A DNA stretch of 54,609 nucleotides from an uncultured Candidatus Saccharibacteria bacterium (GCA_963553475.1 CAUVNT010000001.1:1-54609); one strand, 5' to 3'. Shown: positions 1-10,213, counted from the first letter of the stretch. The notes: generated by a model not told the origin, from the sequence alone. A program made the numbers and translations.

Positions 1-1755
1 AAACCGGATCCCAAACCTGACCCTAAGCCTAATCCGAATCCCAATCCGAAGCCTAATCCCGGTGGCAATAACGGTCAGACCGGTCCGACCCAGCCCAACC
101 AGAATCAGGGAGCTACCCACAATAATAGCGCAGCCAATGGCAACCAAGTCGGACCCGGTGTCCCCGCCGCCAATTTACCCACCCGGCCCGGCAGTGGTCG
201 CACCGGTATCTCCGGCGCAGCAAGAACACCTAGTGCTCCTAATACCGGGGCCGAACAGGCTAGCCAAGCACCGGGGACAACGGTAGATGACAATATCATC
301 CAGATATTACACCTGGGCAACGCCAACTCGTATACCATCTTTGTCAATAATGAAGAAGAGAGCAAAAATGCCAAACGTTATGAAGACGATAGTCTATACG
401 CAGGCACAGTGCTTGCTCTGACTCAGAGTGGCAGAGTCTATGCCTGGGGCAATAATGTCATGGGGTCGGTCGGTGTAGGCACTAAGTGCCAAATCAAAGG
501 AACATATAGGTTCAATTATTATGTTATCAAACGCCCACCCTGTTACTACGATCAGCCACAAGATCTTACCGGGTACTTTAACGGCGATAAGATCATTAAG
601 CTAACTACCTATGGAGACGACTCTGCTAATATCGTTACCGCTATCTCCGAGTCGGGCAAAGTTTATTACTGGGGCTGGGAGAGTGACTGGGAAGAGAGTT
701 GGCGACACAATACTCCAACTCCGGATAAAAGCTTATCAGGTACCCACATCCTCGGTATCGGTAGTGGTGTCTCCCCTAGAGGTGGTTTCGCCTATAGTCA
801 AAATACCGTTTACGGCTTATCTAGAGGAAATATAGAGCCGGGCGTCCCCAGACCGGATCTGACTAACGGCCTCTTTCCCGACGCCAGTAAAAAGTATGAC
901 CTAAGCTCCACTCTAGGAGACACCTCGATCAGAGAGATTGCCTACAACAACAACCCCGCCTACGATAATAAGAACAAAGGAATCTGGTTCCTCACTTCTA
1001 AAAACAAGCTCTATCAGCGCACTAGCAATGGTGGGTCGATCGTCGAAGCAAAGACCGACGAATTGACCAAGCGGGGTGGAGTGAAGCAAATCCGGGGAAA
1101 CTTTGCTCTGGATAATCAGGGTAAGCTGTGGCTATACTGGCGAAGCAAAGACAACCGGCCTGCCACTATCTACGAGGCTGCACCCTACCTTACCAATTCG
1201 TTACCTCAGTTACGTGATCTTATCGGCAATACTTACGGGAATTCATTAATTGCCCGAGGGGTCGATAATCACATCTATGCCCTATCCGACCGTTTATTTG
1301 ACGACCAGGGCAAGCCATACCCCGATGTTTCTTACCCGGACTTCAAGATCGTACCGACTGATGTCACTAGTCGACTCAGCAAGGAGGAGATAGCACTGCT
1401 TGACGGACAGATCGTAATACCCGAGAAAATGAGTCATCTTCCCGACCTATTCAATTATTCTTTTGTCACCAAAGGCAAGTCCCAGAGAGTCTGCACCGTA
1501 ATTAGTGGCGTAGCAGTACGTCGACTCGGCCCGGGTGAGCTATTCTCCGTACCGAATAAACAGACCAAGCAATCTCGAGCCAAAGGGACGCTTCAGCCCG
1601 TCGATGGCACCTATCCGGCCACCTGCGTCTCACTCACACCGCCCAAAACACCCGACCCCGACCCGGTTAAGCCGCCCGTCACCCCGACCAAGCCGCCTAC
1701 ACCCGGTGTACCCGGTATGCCCAAGCTACCCGGTGTACCCAACACCAGCTTATAG
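1..1755 (+). CDS. 5'-truncated surface protein with a Pro-rich linker and RCC1-like repeat domain
   Basis: Frame 1 is open from base 1 (KPDPKPDPKPNPNPNP...APNTG...) into the listed 409..1755 ORF. RCC1-like motif ALTQSGRVYAWGNN; Pro-rich tail ending VPNTSL. Confidence 0.7.
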   Translation, partial: KPDPKPDPKPNPNPNPKPNPGGNNGQTGPTQPNQNQGATHNNSAANGNQVGPGVPAANLPTRPGSGRTGISGAARTPSAPNTGAEQASQAPGTTVDDNIIQILHLGNANSYTIFVNNEEESKNAKRYEDDSLYAGTVLALTQSGRVYAWGNNVMGSVGVGTKCQIKGTYRFNYYVIKRPPCYYDQPQDLTGYFNGDKIIKLTTYGDDSANIVTAISESGKVYYWGWESDWEESWRHNTPTPDKSLSGTHILGIGSGVSPRGGFAYSQNTVYGLSRGNIEPGVPRPDLTNGLFPDASKKYDLSSTLGDTSIREIAYNNNPAYDNKNKGIWFLTSKNKLYQRTSNGGSIVEAKTDELTKRGGVKQIRGNFALDNQGKLWLYWRSKDNRPATIYEAAPYLTNSLPQLRDLIGNTYGNSLIARGVDNHIYALSDRLFDDQGKPYPDVSYPDFKIVPTDVTSRLSKEEIALLDGQIVIPEKMSHLPDLFNYSFVTKGKSQRVCTVISGVAVRRLGPGELFSVPNKQTKQSRAKGTLQPVDGTYPATCVSLTPPKTPDPDPVKPPVTPTKPPTPGVPGMPKLPGVPNTSL

Positions 1756-1816
1756 TCTGTAGCACCGGCAAGCGCAAGCGTCACATCTTTACCTTTGGCT
1801 GTGCCATAATAGAGAT

Positions 1817-3334
1817 ATGAATCAGGCTCTAGCTGACAAGCTCAAGACTCTACCCGCTTCACCCGGTGTTTACTTTCATAAGGATCAGTCAGGTGAGGTA
1901 ATCTACGTTGGTAAAGCCGCCGTACTCAAAAATCGAGTCCGTCAGTACTTTAGCGGTAGCCCCAAAGATTTGAAGACTACCAAGCTAGTCCAGCATATCG
2001 CCATGACAGACTGGATCGAGACCGACTCCGAGATCGACGCTCTCTTTCTCGAGAACGAGATGATCAAGCGCTACCTGCCAAAATACAACATCCTGCTCCG
2101 AGATGACAAGAACAACTCCTACGTACGTATCAATTTTCATGATGAATATCCCCTAGTCACCACTACTCGGGCACCGGCCGACGATGGCGCAGACTACATC
2201 GGTCCCTTCTACGGTGGTGCACCGCTCAGAAAAGCGCTACGTTATCTACGCAAAACCTTTCCCTATCTAACTAAACCCGGCGACCGTCAATCCGCTCTAC
2301 TAAAACAGCTGGGATTAGTGCCAAGCGGTAGCAGCGCCGATTATCGAGCCGATCTGCATCAGCTGGTACGCTACCTCAAAGGCGGGCGGGTCAAACTGCA
2401 ACGAGAGATAACCGGGGAGATGAAGCAGGCTAGCGACCGGCAAGATTACGAAACTGCCCTTAGGTTGCGCAATAAACTAGCCAGCCTAAATGAGCTACGT
2501 CGACTAATCATCTTCGGACGAGATGAGTTTATGGATATCAGTAAAGACAAGGCGCTAATGGAAGCTAAACAACTCTTTCAGCTAGCGGATATCCCTCGTC
2601 GCCTGGAATGCTACGACATTTCCCACCAGAGTGGTCAGAACGTAGTTGGAGCAATGGTAGTCGCCACCAACGGAGTAGCCGACAAGCGAGAATATCGCAA
2701 GTTCCAGATTCACCGGCATCGCAACGATGACTTTGCCGCTATGGCTGAAGTGATGAAGCGACGCTTCTCACCTCGCCATCTGAGTTGGGGGATGCCCGAT
2801 CTGATCGTCGTTGATGGTGGTGAGCCTCAGCTCAGAGCCGTACACCGGCTAGTACTTGATATCCCTCTAGTTGGCTTAGCTAAGCGCAATGATGAACTGA
2901 TCGTCAGTAAACACTATAGCCACATCCAGCCCGAAGGTATTCAGCGCCTCCTAGCTAACCCCGAGCCGGGCGTGCTAGTCGCCGACCGGGGCGACTACTA
3001 TAGCCTAAACTTTCACCTGGGGGCACATCACTCCGCTAGTCATTCTTTCACCATGCTAGGCGAGACAACCGTCAATCATTACACCGATCTGTTGAAGCTC
3101 CTCCAGCGGCTACGCAACGAGTCACATCGCTTCGCCATCTCTTATCACCGTAGCCTTAAGGTTAAGGGGCAAACCAGTAACTTACTGGAAAGTATCCCCG
3201 GTGTCGGCCCTGCCACCAGGCGCAAGTTGCTCCGACACTTTGGCTCGGTTCAGCAGGTTAGACAAAGCGAGGAAGCCGAGTTAGCTCAGGTGGTCGGAGC
3301 CAAGCTAGCCCACCGGATTAAGTCCCGGCTATGA
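1817..3334 (+). CDS. uvrC: Excinuclease ABC subunit C
   Basis: GIY-YIG N-terminus (PGVY...IYVGKA..LKNRV), ECYDISH, DLIVVDGG, C-terminal HhH IPGVG. Confidence 0.97.
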   Translation: MNQALADKLKTLPASPGVYFHKDQSGEVIYVGKAAVLKNRVRQYFSGSPKDLKTTKLVQHIAMTDWIETDSEIDALFLENEMIKRYLPKYNILLRDDKNNSYVRINFHDEYPLVTTTRAPADDGADYIGPFYGGAPLRKALRYLRKTFPYLTKPGDRQSALLKQLGLVPSGSSADYRADLHQLVRYLKGGRVKLQREITGEMKQASDRQDYETALRLRNKLASLNELRRLIIFGRDEFMDISKDKALMEAKQLFQLADIPRRLECYDISHQSGQNVVGAMVVATNGVADKREYRKFQIHRHRNDDFAAMAEVMKRRFSPRHLSWGMPDLIVVDGGEPQLRAVHRLVLDIPLVGLAKRNDELIVSKHYSHIQPEGIQRLLANPEPGVLVADRGDYYSLNFHLGAHHSASHSFTMLGETTVNHYTDLLKLLQRLRNESHRFAISYHRSLKVKGQTSNLLESIPGVGPATRRKLLRHFGSVQQVRQSEEAELAQVVGAKLAHRIKSRL

Positions 3335-3346
3335 TATAATAGCCCC

Positions 3347-3727
3347 GTGGAGAGAACGTTATCCTTTACTATTCGGTGGTTTGTCTGTGCGCTAGGTCTA
3401 TGGGTGGCCGTACAACTATTTGGCTACGACACATTGAACTCGATACCGATGTCTGTCGCAACCTTTCTGCTGGCCGGTCTGGTCTTCTCAGCAATTAACG
3501 CCATCGTCAAACCGGTGGTCACCGCCCTGTCACTACCTTTTGTCTTAGTAACCATGGGACTATTCACTCTGGTTATTAACGGGCTGATGATCTGGCTGAC
3601 TATCGCTATGCTACCCAATATCCACATGAGCTTTGGCTGGGCTATAGTTAGTAGTCTGATCCTTAGTCTGCTAAACTACTTGCTAAATAGCCTAACGCCG
3701 ATTGAATTAAACCAGGAGAGAGTATGA
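3347..3727 (+). CDS. 4-TM phage-holin-family (YvlD-like) membrane protein
   Basis: Motif NAIVKPV..LSLPF..VTMGLF.LVING. Confidence 0.85.
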   Translation: MERTLSFTIRWFVCALGLWVAVQLFGYDTLNSIPMSVATFLLAGLVFSAINAIVKPVVTALSLPFVLVTMGLFTLVINGLMIWLTIAMLPNIHMSFGWAIVSSLILSLLNYLLNSLTPIELNQERV

Positions 3728-3945
3728 AATTAAGCGAGATATTAAACATTGTCATAGTAGCTAGTGCCAGTCTCACTGCTCTGTGCATCTTACTACAAGC
3801 ACGTGGCGCCTCACTCGGGGCAGGCTTTGGTGCCAGCGGTGAGCTGTTCACCACCAGGCGAGGACTAGAGAAGAACCTGTACGACACCACGATTATCCTG
3901 GCGGTTGTCTTCGTGGTTAGCTTGCTTGGCAGCATGATGGTCTAA
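3724..3945 (+). CDS. secG: Preprotein translocase subunit SecG
   Basis: ILLQARGASLGAGFG...RRGLEK, two TM helices. Confidence 0.92.
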   Translation: MKLSEILNIVIVASASLTALCILLQARGASLGAGFGASGELFTTRRGLEKNLYDTTIILAVVFVVSLLGSMMV

Positions 3946-3956
3946 GGAGCTTTATC

Positions 3957-5744
3957 TTGATAACTAAGAGCTCAGCCGGTAGTAAGTGGGTCAAGCAGGC
4001 TCGGCGACAAGTCGATCGAGCTACCAGTTCGGTTGTTAAACACACCAGCCACTTCATCACCGGTCGACTAGACCACATCCGAGCAGTCCGCCGAGATGTA
4101 GTCTTGTGGCTTTGTCTGATCTTACTCTTGATCTGTTGCTGCTTCGCCCAGGCCATCCAGATGAACGGTCAAACCATGGTAAAAGCGACTGCTCCCGGTG
4201 GTAACTACGTGGAGGGAGCGGTAGATAAACTAACCACTATCAGCCCTCTCTATGCAAATACCGACACCGAGAAAGCAGCTAGTCAGCTGGTTTATCCGGG
4301 GTTGCTATCCTACGATAGCGCCAACAAGCTCCATGGACAGCTAGCTCACTCATGGCAGCACGATGACAGTGGTAAAGTCTGGACGGTCAAGCTAAGGTCT
4401 GATCTTAAATGGGCCGACGGTCAAGCCTTGACTGCTTCAGACGTGGTACACACTCTAGCGCTAATGAAAAAGCCCGAGATCAATAGCACCATTAGCAGTA
4501 GCTGGCAGACCATCACCGCCACCGCCAAAGATACCACGACAGTGGAGTTCACTCTACCGGCTCCGCTGATGTCATTTGACTCTGCTTTGACTTTCGGAGT
4601 TTTACCCAAGCATATCCTGGAAGGCAAGTCAGCCATAGAGATAGCCGACCTCTCCAATAAACAGCCGGCTAAGCTTGTCGGCGCCGGACCTTTTAGCTTT
4701 GCCAGCACTGAGAAATCGGGCGATTCATCAACCTGGCGTTTCCAGCCTAACCCGAATTATTACGGCAATCCGCCCAAGCTAAACACCTTCACCATCAGAA
4801 CATATAGTGACAATAGCTCCCTCATCAAAGGACTGATCAGTAGCGAGGTTAACGCTATCAGCGGAGTCAAGATTGACAGCCTACCCCAGCTAAAGCATAA
4901 CTTCAAGCTAATTCAGCTGAAGACTGCTGATGGGGTCTTCGCCATCTTTAACAACGAAGCCGATCTGACCGGCGACCCCGTCGTCCGACGAGCTCTACGT
5001 CTCGGACTAGATCGTAGCGCTATCCGAAAACAGGTTCTCAGCGGTAGTGACAACAGGCTCCACGAGCCGACTGCACTGGAGACACCGATTGCCACCGGCG
5101 TATACGATCAAGTCGATCGGCTTAAGCAACCGGACTACAACTTAGAGGAAGCTAAGAAGATGTTGGACAGCGCCGGGTGGGTTCAGCCTCAGGGTAGCGA
5201 CTATCGCCAAAAGTCCGGCGCCCAGCTTAATCTCAATATCATCACCATCGCCGACACTAACTATCAGAACGTCGCTCGCCTAATCGCTCAACAGTGGAAG
5301 AAGCTCGGAGTTAACGCTCAAGTTAGAGCCATTCCGCCTAGCGGAGCACAACAAAATTACCTAGCGCCTCGTAATTACGACGTGCTTGTCTACCAGATTC
5401 ACCTCGGCGCCGACCCCGATATGTTTGCCTACTGGTCATCAACTCAGACTCAGGCGTCAGGACTCAACCTAGCTAATTACCGCTCTCGGCGAGCTGAGAT
5501 TGCTCTATCGGCAGGGCGTAGCAATACTAACCCAGAGGCTCGCCAAGCTCGTTATGTCGCCTTTGTCCATCAGTGGCTCAAGGACTGCCCCGCCATCGCC
5601 CTCTACCAGCCTAGTCTGATCTACGCCACCGAGCCTAGTATCCGAATGCTCAACTCAGGGGAAGCTCTGATCGACGCCGGCAACCGCTACCAAGCGACCG
5701 GCAACTGGACTAGCGCCACCAGAATGGTTATGACCACACCGTAG
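3957..5744 (+). CDS. ABC transporter substrate-binding protein, family 5 (peptide/nickel)
   Basis: LAHSW...LRSDLKWADGQALTASDV, VGAGPF motifs; N-terminal TM anchor. Confidence 0.88.
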   Translation: MITKSSAGSKWVKQARRQVDRATSSVVKHTSHFITGRLDHIRAVRRDVVLWLCLILLLICCCFAQAIQMNGQTMVKATAPGGNYVEGAVDKLTTISPLYANTDTEKAASQLVYPGLLSYDSANKLHGQLAHSWQHDDSGKVWTVKLRSDLKWADGQALTASDVVHTLALMKKPEINSTISSSWQTITATAKDTTTVEFTLPAPLMSFDSALTFGVLPKHILEGKSAIEIADLSNKQPAKLVGAGPFSFASTEKSGDSSTWRFQPNPNYYGNPPKLNTFTIRTYSDNSSLIKGLISSEVNAISGVKIDSLPQLKHNFKLIQLKTADGVFAIFNNEADLTGDPVVRRALRLGLDRSAIRKQVLSGSDNRLHEPTALETPIATGVYDQVDRLKQPDYNLEEAKKMLDSAGWVQPQGSDYRQKSGAQLNLNIITIADTNYQNVARLIAQQWKKLGVNAQVRAIPPSGAQQNYLAPRNYDVLVYQIHLGADPDMFAYWSSTQTQASGLNLANYRSRRAEIALSAGRSNTNPEARQARYVAFVHQWLKDCPAIALYQPSLIYATEPSIRMLNSGEALIDAGNRYQATGNWTSATRMVMTTP

Positions 5745-5783
5745 CTAGCCCGGTGTCCGACGGTAATATGCTAGAATAGCCTT

Positions 5784-6428
5784 ATGAACGATAACCCACC
5801 TGTCCCTTCCGACCCCAACCACCTTACACCGGCCGAGCAAGCCGACCACGACCGTAGCGTCCATGATTACCCTGATATTCAGTTTTCGCCGACAGAATAT
5901 GTGGTGATTGATGTTGAGCGCTCTTTCTGGGGTATCGTCCGGATCTGGCTGTTCGCTCTGGCGGTCTTTCTGACTATGGCGATCGTGACCATCTTGATTG
6001 ATCGTACTTCGCCGATTAAGATCGACTTCACCACAGAAGCATCGCTATTCGTCGGGACCATCGTCCTGACCTTGCTCTGTGGCATTGTCGGTACTCAGGT
6101 TTACCGCCAAAACACCTTTATCGTCACTAACGAACGGATCTTCGCTTGCATCCAGTACACCCCTTTTTCGCAGCGTAATCAGAATGTCGAGATCGAGCAT
6201 ATCGAGGATTGTAGCTACGCCCAGACTAATCCGATCCAGACTATCCTCAACTACGGCTCTATTAGACTAAGTACCATTGGCGACGAGCAGACCTATGTCT
6301 TCACCTTCGTTGACCGCCCCAAGGAGCAGTTCCGCATCGTCAACCACGTCGTCCAGCAGGTTGATGAAGGGCAGACTACTAAATACCGCGGTCCGACTGA
6401 CCAATCCAACCCACCGTCATCAAGCTAG
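5784..6428 (+). CDS. Membrane protein with bacterial PH-like domain
   Basis: Two TM helices followed by IVTNERI...IEDCSY.Q...ILNYGSI.LST. Confidence 0.75.
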   Translation: MNDNPPVPSDPNHLTPAEQADHDRSVHDYPDIQFSPTEYVVIDVERSFWGIVRIWLFALAVFLTMAIVTILIDRTSPIKIDFTTEASLFVGTIVLTLLCGIVGTQVYRQNTFIVTNERIFACIQYTPFSQRNQNVEIEHIEDCSYAQTNPIQTILNYGSIRLSTIGDEQTYVFTFVDRPKEQFRIVNHVVQQVDEGQTTKYRGPTDQSNPPSSS

Positions 6429-6442
6429 TGTCCTAAGGCTAG

Positions 6443-6883
6443 CTATTTCTTGTGGCTTGACTTAGTATAGTCCGCCTCAGCCTCCAGCTTGGCGGTCAGG
6501 GTGAAGTTCTTGCACTTGCCGTCACTGTCGCAGTCGGTGGCACTATAGCGGTATTCACATTTTCCATTAGTCTTTTGCTCACCCTGGATATTGGTGTAGA
6601 CACATTTATCGCCATTCAGAGTATAGCCGGACGGGTCTGTAAATAATGTCGGGTCAATCATCGGCAGCTGCTCTCGGCTAATCCGGAGCGGATAATTGCC
6701 GTGTTCACGATGATAACCCTCCTTTAAGGCGTAGTACATGGCGTTGATGGCAGTCTTGCGCTGTTGGTCCCGACTTGCCTTCTCCAGACTACTACGCTGC
6801 AAGATGAAAAATGTCGCCAAGGTCGTCAGGATGATTATCACCACTACAACTTCGACAACGGTAAATCCCTTTTCTCTTTTCAT
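6443..6883 (-). CDS. Type IV pilin/pseudopilin-like protein
   Basis: Prepilin motif MKREKG|FTVVE plus hydrophobic helix; C-terminal cysteines; start moved to 6883. Confidence 0.85.
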   Translation of the reverse strand: MKREKGFTVVEVVVVIIILTTLATFFILQRSSLEKASRDQQRKTAINAMYYALKEGYHREHGNYPLRISREQLPMIDPTLFTDPSGYTLNGDKCVYTNIQGEQKTNGKCEYRYSATDCDSDGKCKNFTLTAKLEAEADYTKSSHKK

Positions 6884-6896
6884 TGCCTCTATTCTA

Positions 6897-7301
6897 TCAT
6901 CTATTCTGGCCAAATAGAAAATCCAGCCACTGATCAAAGTTCGACTTGGTCACCACGGCACCACCAGACCGTTTTGCCTTGCCAGCGTGCGAAACACGTG
7001 GCAAGACAACCAAATGCTCACCCGGCAGAGCCTTACCCAGCAGCGACCGAGCAGATAGCTCCATGTACTCATCTGTCCGGTAATAGAGCTGTTCCAGGCG
7101 CAGGTTTTGATTCTCCAGCTCAAGCATCTGGCTATCCAGCTTAGCATTATCAACCTGACGTTGCAGCTTGTAATTATTATTTAGCACCTGGATAACCATC
7201 GCCATCCAGACCGCCACAGCAGCAATAACGACCATTAGCACCAATCGGCTAACTGTCCAGAAATGCACAAACTTTCGCCTTAATCTATCAAGCACAACCA
7301 C
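6897..7301 (-). CDS. Septum formation initiator (FtsB/DivIC-like)
   Basis: TM helix plus coiled coil plus YMELSAR..LG...PGE. Confidence 0.8.
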   Translation of the reverse strand: MVVLDRLRRKFVHFWTVSRLVLMVVIAAVAVWMAMVIQVLNNNYKLQRQVDNAKLDSQMLELENQNLRLEQLYYRTDEYMELSARSLLGKALPGEHLVVLPRVSHAGKAKRSGGAVVTKSNFDQWLDFLFGQNR

Positions 7302-7339
7302 ATTATAGCATCACCGCTATGCTATAATTAGCTCTGAGT

Positions 7340-7415
<76 letters not shown>

Positions 7416-7427
7416 AGCTTACGATAC

Positions 7428-7458
7428 AAAAATACCCCACTCTAGCTGGGGTATTTTA
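7428..7458. terminator. Bidirectional intrinsic terminator
   Basis: AAAAATACCCCA...TGGGGTATTTT hairpin between convergent genes. Confidence 0.75.
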
Positions 7459-7487
7459 TATTTGTTATCCTAGCGGATATTAAGGGG

Positions 7488-7706
7488 TTATTTCTTCTTC
7501 TTTAGCGTAGGAAAGCCGTTGCGAGGATTCTCGACCACATAGTAATCAGCGGGAACAGCATCAATCGGAGTCTCTTTGCCGCTACGACCACCAATGTTCT
7601 TAGCGAAGAAATGAATCGTTTGCTCTCGATTACCCTTGATGATCACTTTCTTTTCATGTAGATAGAATGTCACTCCTCTTGAATTGACATATTCATAAGC
7701 TGCCAT
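7488..7706 (-). CDS. Small hypothetical protein
   Basis: 72-aa ORF with AAGGAGG SD upstream. Confidence 0.7.
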   Translation of the reverse strand: MAAYEYVNSRGVTFYLHEKKVIIKGNREQTIHFFAKNIGGRSGKETPIDAVPADYYVVENPRNGFPTLKKKK

Positions 7707-7760
7707 TGATATCCTCCTTCTTAACTTACATCTCCAGAGTATATTATCCGGCTACTACTG

Positions 7761-8396
7761 TCAACTACTGTTAGCTAAGGTTGATCGCCGCAAGCGCTGA
7801 CGTATCGCCCCGACAATCATCGAGACCAGCTTGACGGTCAGGATGATCGCATTGACGATCAGCAACACTAAGGTTATACCGGCAAAATCAGGACTCCATC
7901 TCGCCGGAGCGTACTCCACGTAGTACAGATCGGGGTCGGGCATCGTCGCTCCCGCTAGCTCGGTGGTTTGACGAATGCCAACTCGATTAGCCACGCAGCT
8001 GGCCCACGACTGATAGCCATAGCTGGTTAGCTGCGATCGACAAGCATTTGCCGCCAGGTTATAGCCCGAGCTATCGACCTCGGCCGGCTTAGCCTCTTCC
8101 AGAGCCTTCTGAGCAGCTTGATTATATAACGTCTGTAGGGCAACCCGCCCCGTGGTTGTATTCATATGGCCGGCCACATAGCGTTGTAGTTTACGAGCCG
8201 CCTGATTAACCACCTCGACCTTGCCGGACTTATCTGCTTGCGCCAGCTCATCCCGCAGCTTAACCATATTGAGATTATTCTGACGCAGGAAAAAGGCACT
8301 AGCCACTGCCAGACCCGCCAGGCTAATCACCAGCAAAAGCCAGATCACCCAGTGTTCGGATCGCCTGATAACCATTACTCCGCCTGATATTTTCAC
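7761..8396 (-). CDS. Hypothetical membrane protein (N- and C-terminal TM)
   Basis: ORF with two hydrophobic segments. Confidence 0.7.
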   Translation of the reverse strand: MKISGGVMVIRRSEHWVIWLLLVISLAGLAVASAFFLRQNNLNMVKLRDELAQADKSGKVEVVNQAARKLQRYVAGHMNTTTGRVALQTLYNQAAQKALEEAKPAEVDSSGYNLAANACRSQLTSYGYQSWASCVANRVGIRQTTELAGATMPDPDLYYVEYAPARWSPDFAGITLVLLIVNAIILTVKLVSMIVGAIRQRLRRSTLANSS

Positions 8397-8404
8397 TAGT
8401 AAAA

Positions 8405-9070
8405 TTATACCATAAGCCTGATCACCGCCAGACTATCGACCAAGCGGAAAGATTTGATGTCACTAAGGCCGGTCTCCCGCCATTCATCTACTGCCCGTCG
8501 GACACCGGGCAAGCTGGCGTTATCGTAGTCGTCGACTACCAGCGTAGCACCGGGTGTTAGCCGTCCCCGACAAGCTCTGAAGCTATCCCTGATACTGTCG
8601 TAGTAGTCGCCATCTAAGTAAGCGAAACAGATCTGCTCCGGCAGATCATCACCGCTTAGCTGACTAAACCAAGCTTTCTTGACCGTCGGGCGGGGTAAAT
8701 TAGCATGAGCGAAAGCCTTTAATACTTCTGACTTGCTCGCCTTAAGTACTCCCGGCTGAAAGTCGTCACCCAGGGCCGACCGGTCGTACTCGGTCTTGCC
8801 CGGTAATCCGGCGAATGAATCGTACAAGTAAAGTTGCTTAGTCGGCGCCAGCTCAACCAACAGCTGAGCCATCATTAAGCTTGTCGCACCCCGATAGCAA
8901 CCCAGCTCCACTACTGCGCCGGCTACTTGCCGACCCAGCACCCGAGCTAGTTCGCTAAGAATAATCGCCAGTTCGCTCCGGCTGACCTGATCTGACTTAG
9001 TTCGTTTGGCTCGCCCCAAGACCGCCTGAACCACCTTATCATACGACAGTCGCTGCTTATCTGTAGACAT
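8405..9070 (-). CDS. TylF/MycF/NovP-family O-methyltransferase
   Basis: VVELGCYRG, YDSFAGLP, AYLDGDYYDS, VVDDY; start moved to 9070, just downstream of a TATAAT. Confidence 0.88.
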   Translation of the reverse strand: MSTDKQRLSYDKVVQAVLGRAKRTKSDQVSRSELAIILSELARVLGRQVAGAVVELGCYRGATSLMMAQLLVELAPTKQLYLYDSFAGLPGKTEYDRSALGDDFQPGVLKASKSEVLKAFAHANLPRPTVKKAWFSQLSGDDLPEQICFAYLDGDYYDSIRDSFRACRGRLTPGATLVVDDYDNASLPGVRRAVDEWRETGLSDIKSFRLVDSLAVIRLMV

Positions 9071-9085
9071 GCTAAAATTATAGCA

Positions 9086-9532
9086 ATGAATCAGACCAAA
9101 ATAGTACTTAAAAGAATCGAGGTTAGCTCGGAGTATGACTGCGAGACAGTACTTGCCCTGATCGCTTCCGTCCAGACAGTCTACCGCAGCCAATATACAG
9201 ACTATCTAGCAAGCTATAGCCATGGCCACCGAATTCAACCTGCGCCGGTTCGCAATTTGCGACCCTCCACCCACGGCGTATACGCCACCGTCGCCCGACG
9301 CCGGATAGTAGTCGGCGAGCTTGATTTTCTGAGGCAGAGTAAGATCAAGGGGTTGCCGAGCGATACCCAAGCTCAGCCAGCCTTGGGCGTCGCAGTGAAC
9401 GGTCGGCTGGCCGGAGTCGTCTATTTCGACCACCAATCAGCCCGCCAGACTAGCCCCCGTAAGCTCAAGCTAATCATCGTGGTCATACTGGCAATGGTGC
9501 TCATCGCCCTAAGCTATTTCGCTTTCAAATAA
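9086..9532 (+). CDS. Tail-anchored protein resembling a stand-alone P1B-ATPase N-domain
   Basis: VLALIAS...HGVYATV..RRIVVG...VAVNGRLAGVV plus C-terminal TM. Confidence 0.55.
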   Translation: MNQTKIVLKRIEVSSEYDCETVLALIASVQTVYRSQYTDYLASYSHGHRIQPAPVRNLRPSTHGVYATVARRRIVVGELDFLRQSKIKGLPSDTQAQPALGVAVNGRLAGVVYFDHQSARQTSPRKLKLIIVVILAMVLIALSYFAFK

Positions 9533-9538
9533 TTCTAA

Positions 9539-10171
9539 CTAGCGACTAGCCAGCCGGTACAGCTGATCAATAGCGCTATCGAAAGTATGTTTGATCGTCC
9601 CGCCGGCATCAACGTCAAGCGCCAGCCCCAACTGATGGTATTTTTGAATCACCGGGACGGTCTTTTTGGCATACTCATCTAGACGCCGTTGTACCCGCTC
9701 TCTACTAATATCATCCGCTCGACCACCGTTACGCTCATCCTTGACCTGTTCCCAACGTCGCCAAACTTCAGCCTCCGGAATGTTCAGCACTATCACCGCC
9801 TTGAGACGATGCCCACCTCGCTCCAGCGCCTCCATCACCACTTCTTCCTCACCAATCCAGCGGCCTACAGAGCCTAGCACTAATGGCTGATTGCTCAGCT
9901 GTTTATCGCTAAGATGTGGAGCGATAAGCTGACGAAACTCATCAGTCGGCGTCAAGATGCCCTGCTGGCTGTCGATCGCCGCCTGACGAATCCGCTGATC
10001 ATCACTACTCTTCATGGCTGAACGCACCAGGTCACCGCTACTGATGAACTTTGCCCCTAGCTTCTCGGCTAGAGGTACGCCCAGCGTATCCTTGCCGGAG
10101 AATTGAATACCAAATATATTGATGGCGTCGTTACCTAGCCACTGCTTGATCGCACTAATCTTGTCTTCCAT
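9539..10171 (-). CDS. Adenylate kinase-like nucleoside monophosphate kinase
   Basis: P-loop GIQFSGKDT, ISSGDLVR, RADD, RL..Y...T.PV. Confidence 0.85.
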   Translation of the reverse strand: MEDKISAIKQWLGNDAINIFGIQFSGKDTLGVPLAEKLGAKFISSGDLVRSAMKSSDDQRIRQAAIDSQQGILTPTDEFRQLIAPHLSDKQLSNQPLVLGSVGRWIGEEEVVMEALERGGHRLKAVIVLNIPEAEVWRRWEQVKDERNGGRADDISRERVQRRLDEYAKKTVPVIQKYHQLGLALDVDAGGTIKHTFDSAIDQLYRLASR

Positions 10172-10213
10172 AGCTAGATTATAGCAAAGATACTCTCAGG
10201 TTAAGCTTCGCTA

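Noticed and set aside
62..374. Short ORFs 62..286 and 105..374 and other short overlapping ORFs in the track
   Set aside because: They are shadow frames of longer genes with recognisable motifs.
3347..3727. Prophage suggested by the holin-family gene
   Set aside because: The gene is in a housekeeping context (uvrC-secG) with no phage genes nearby.
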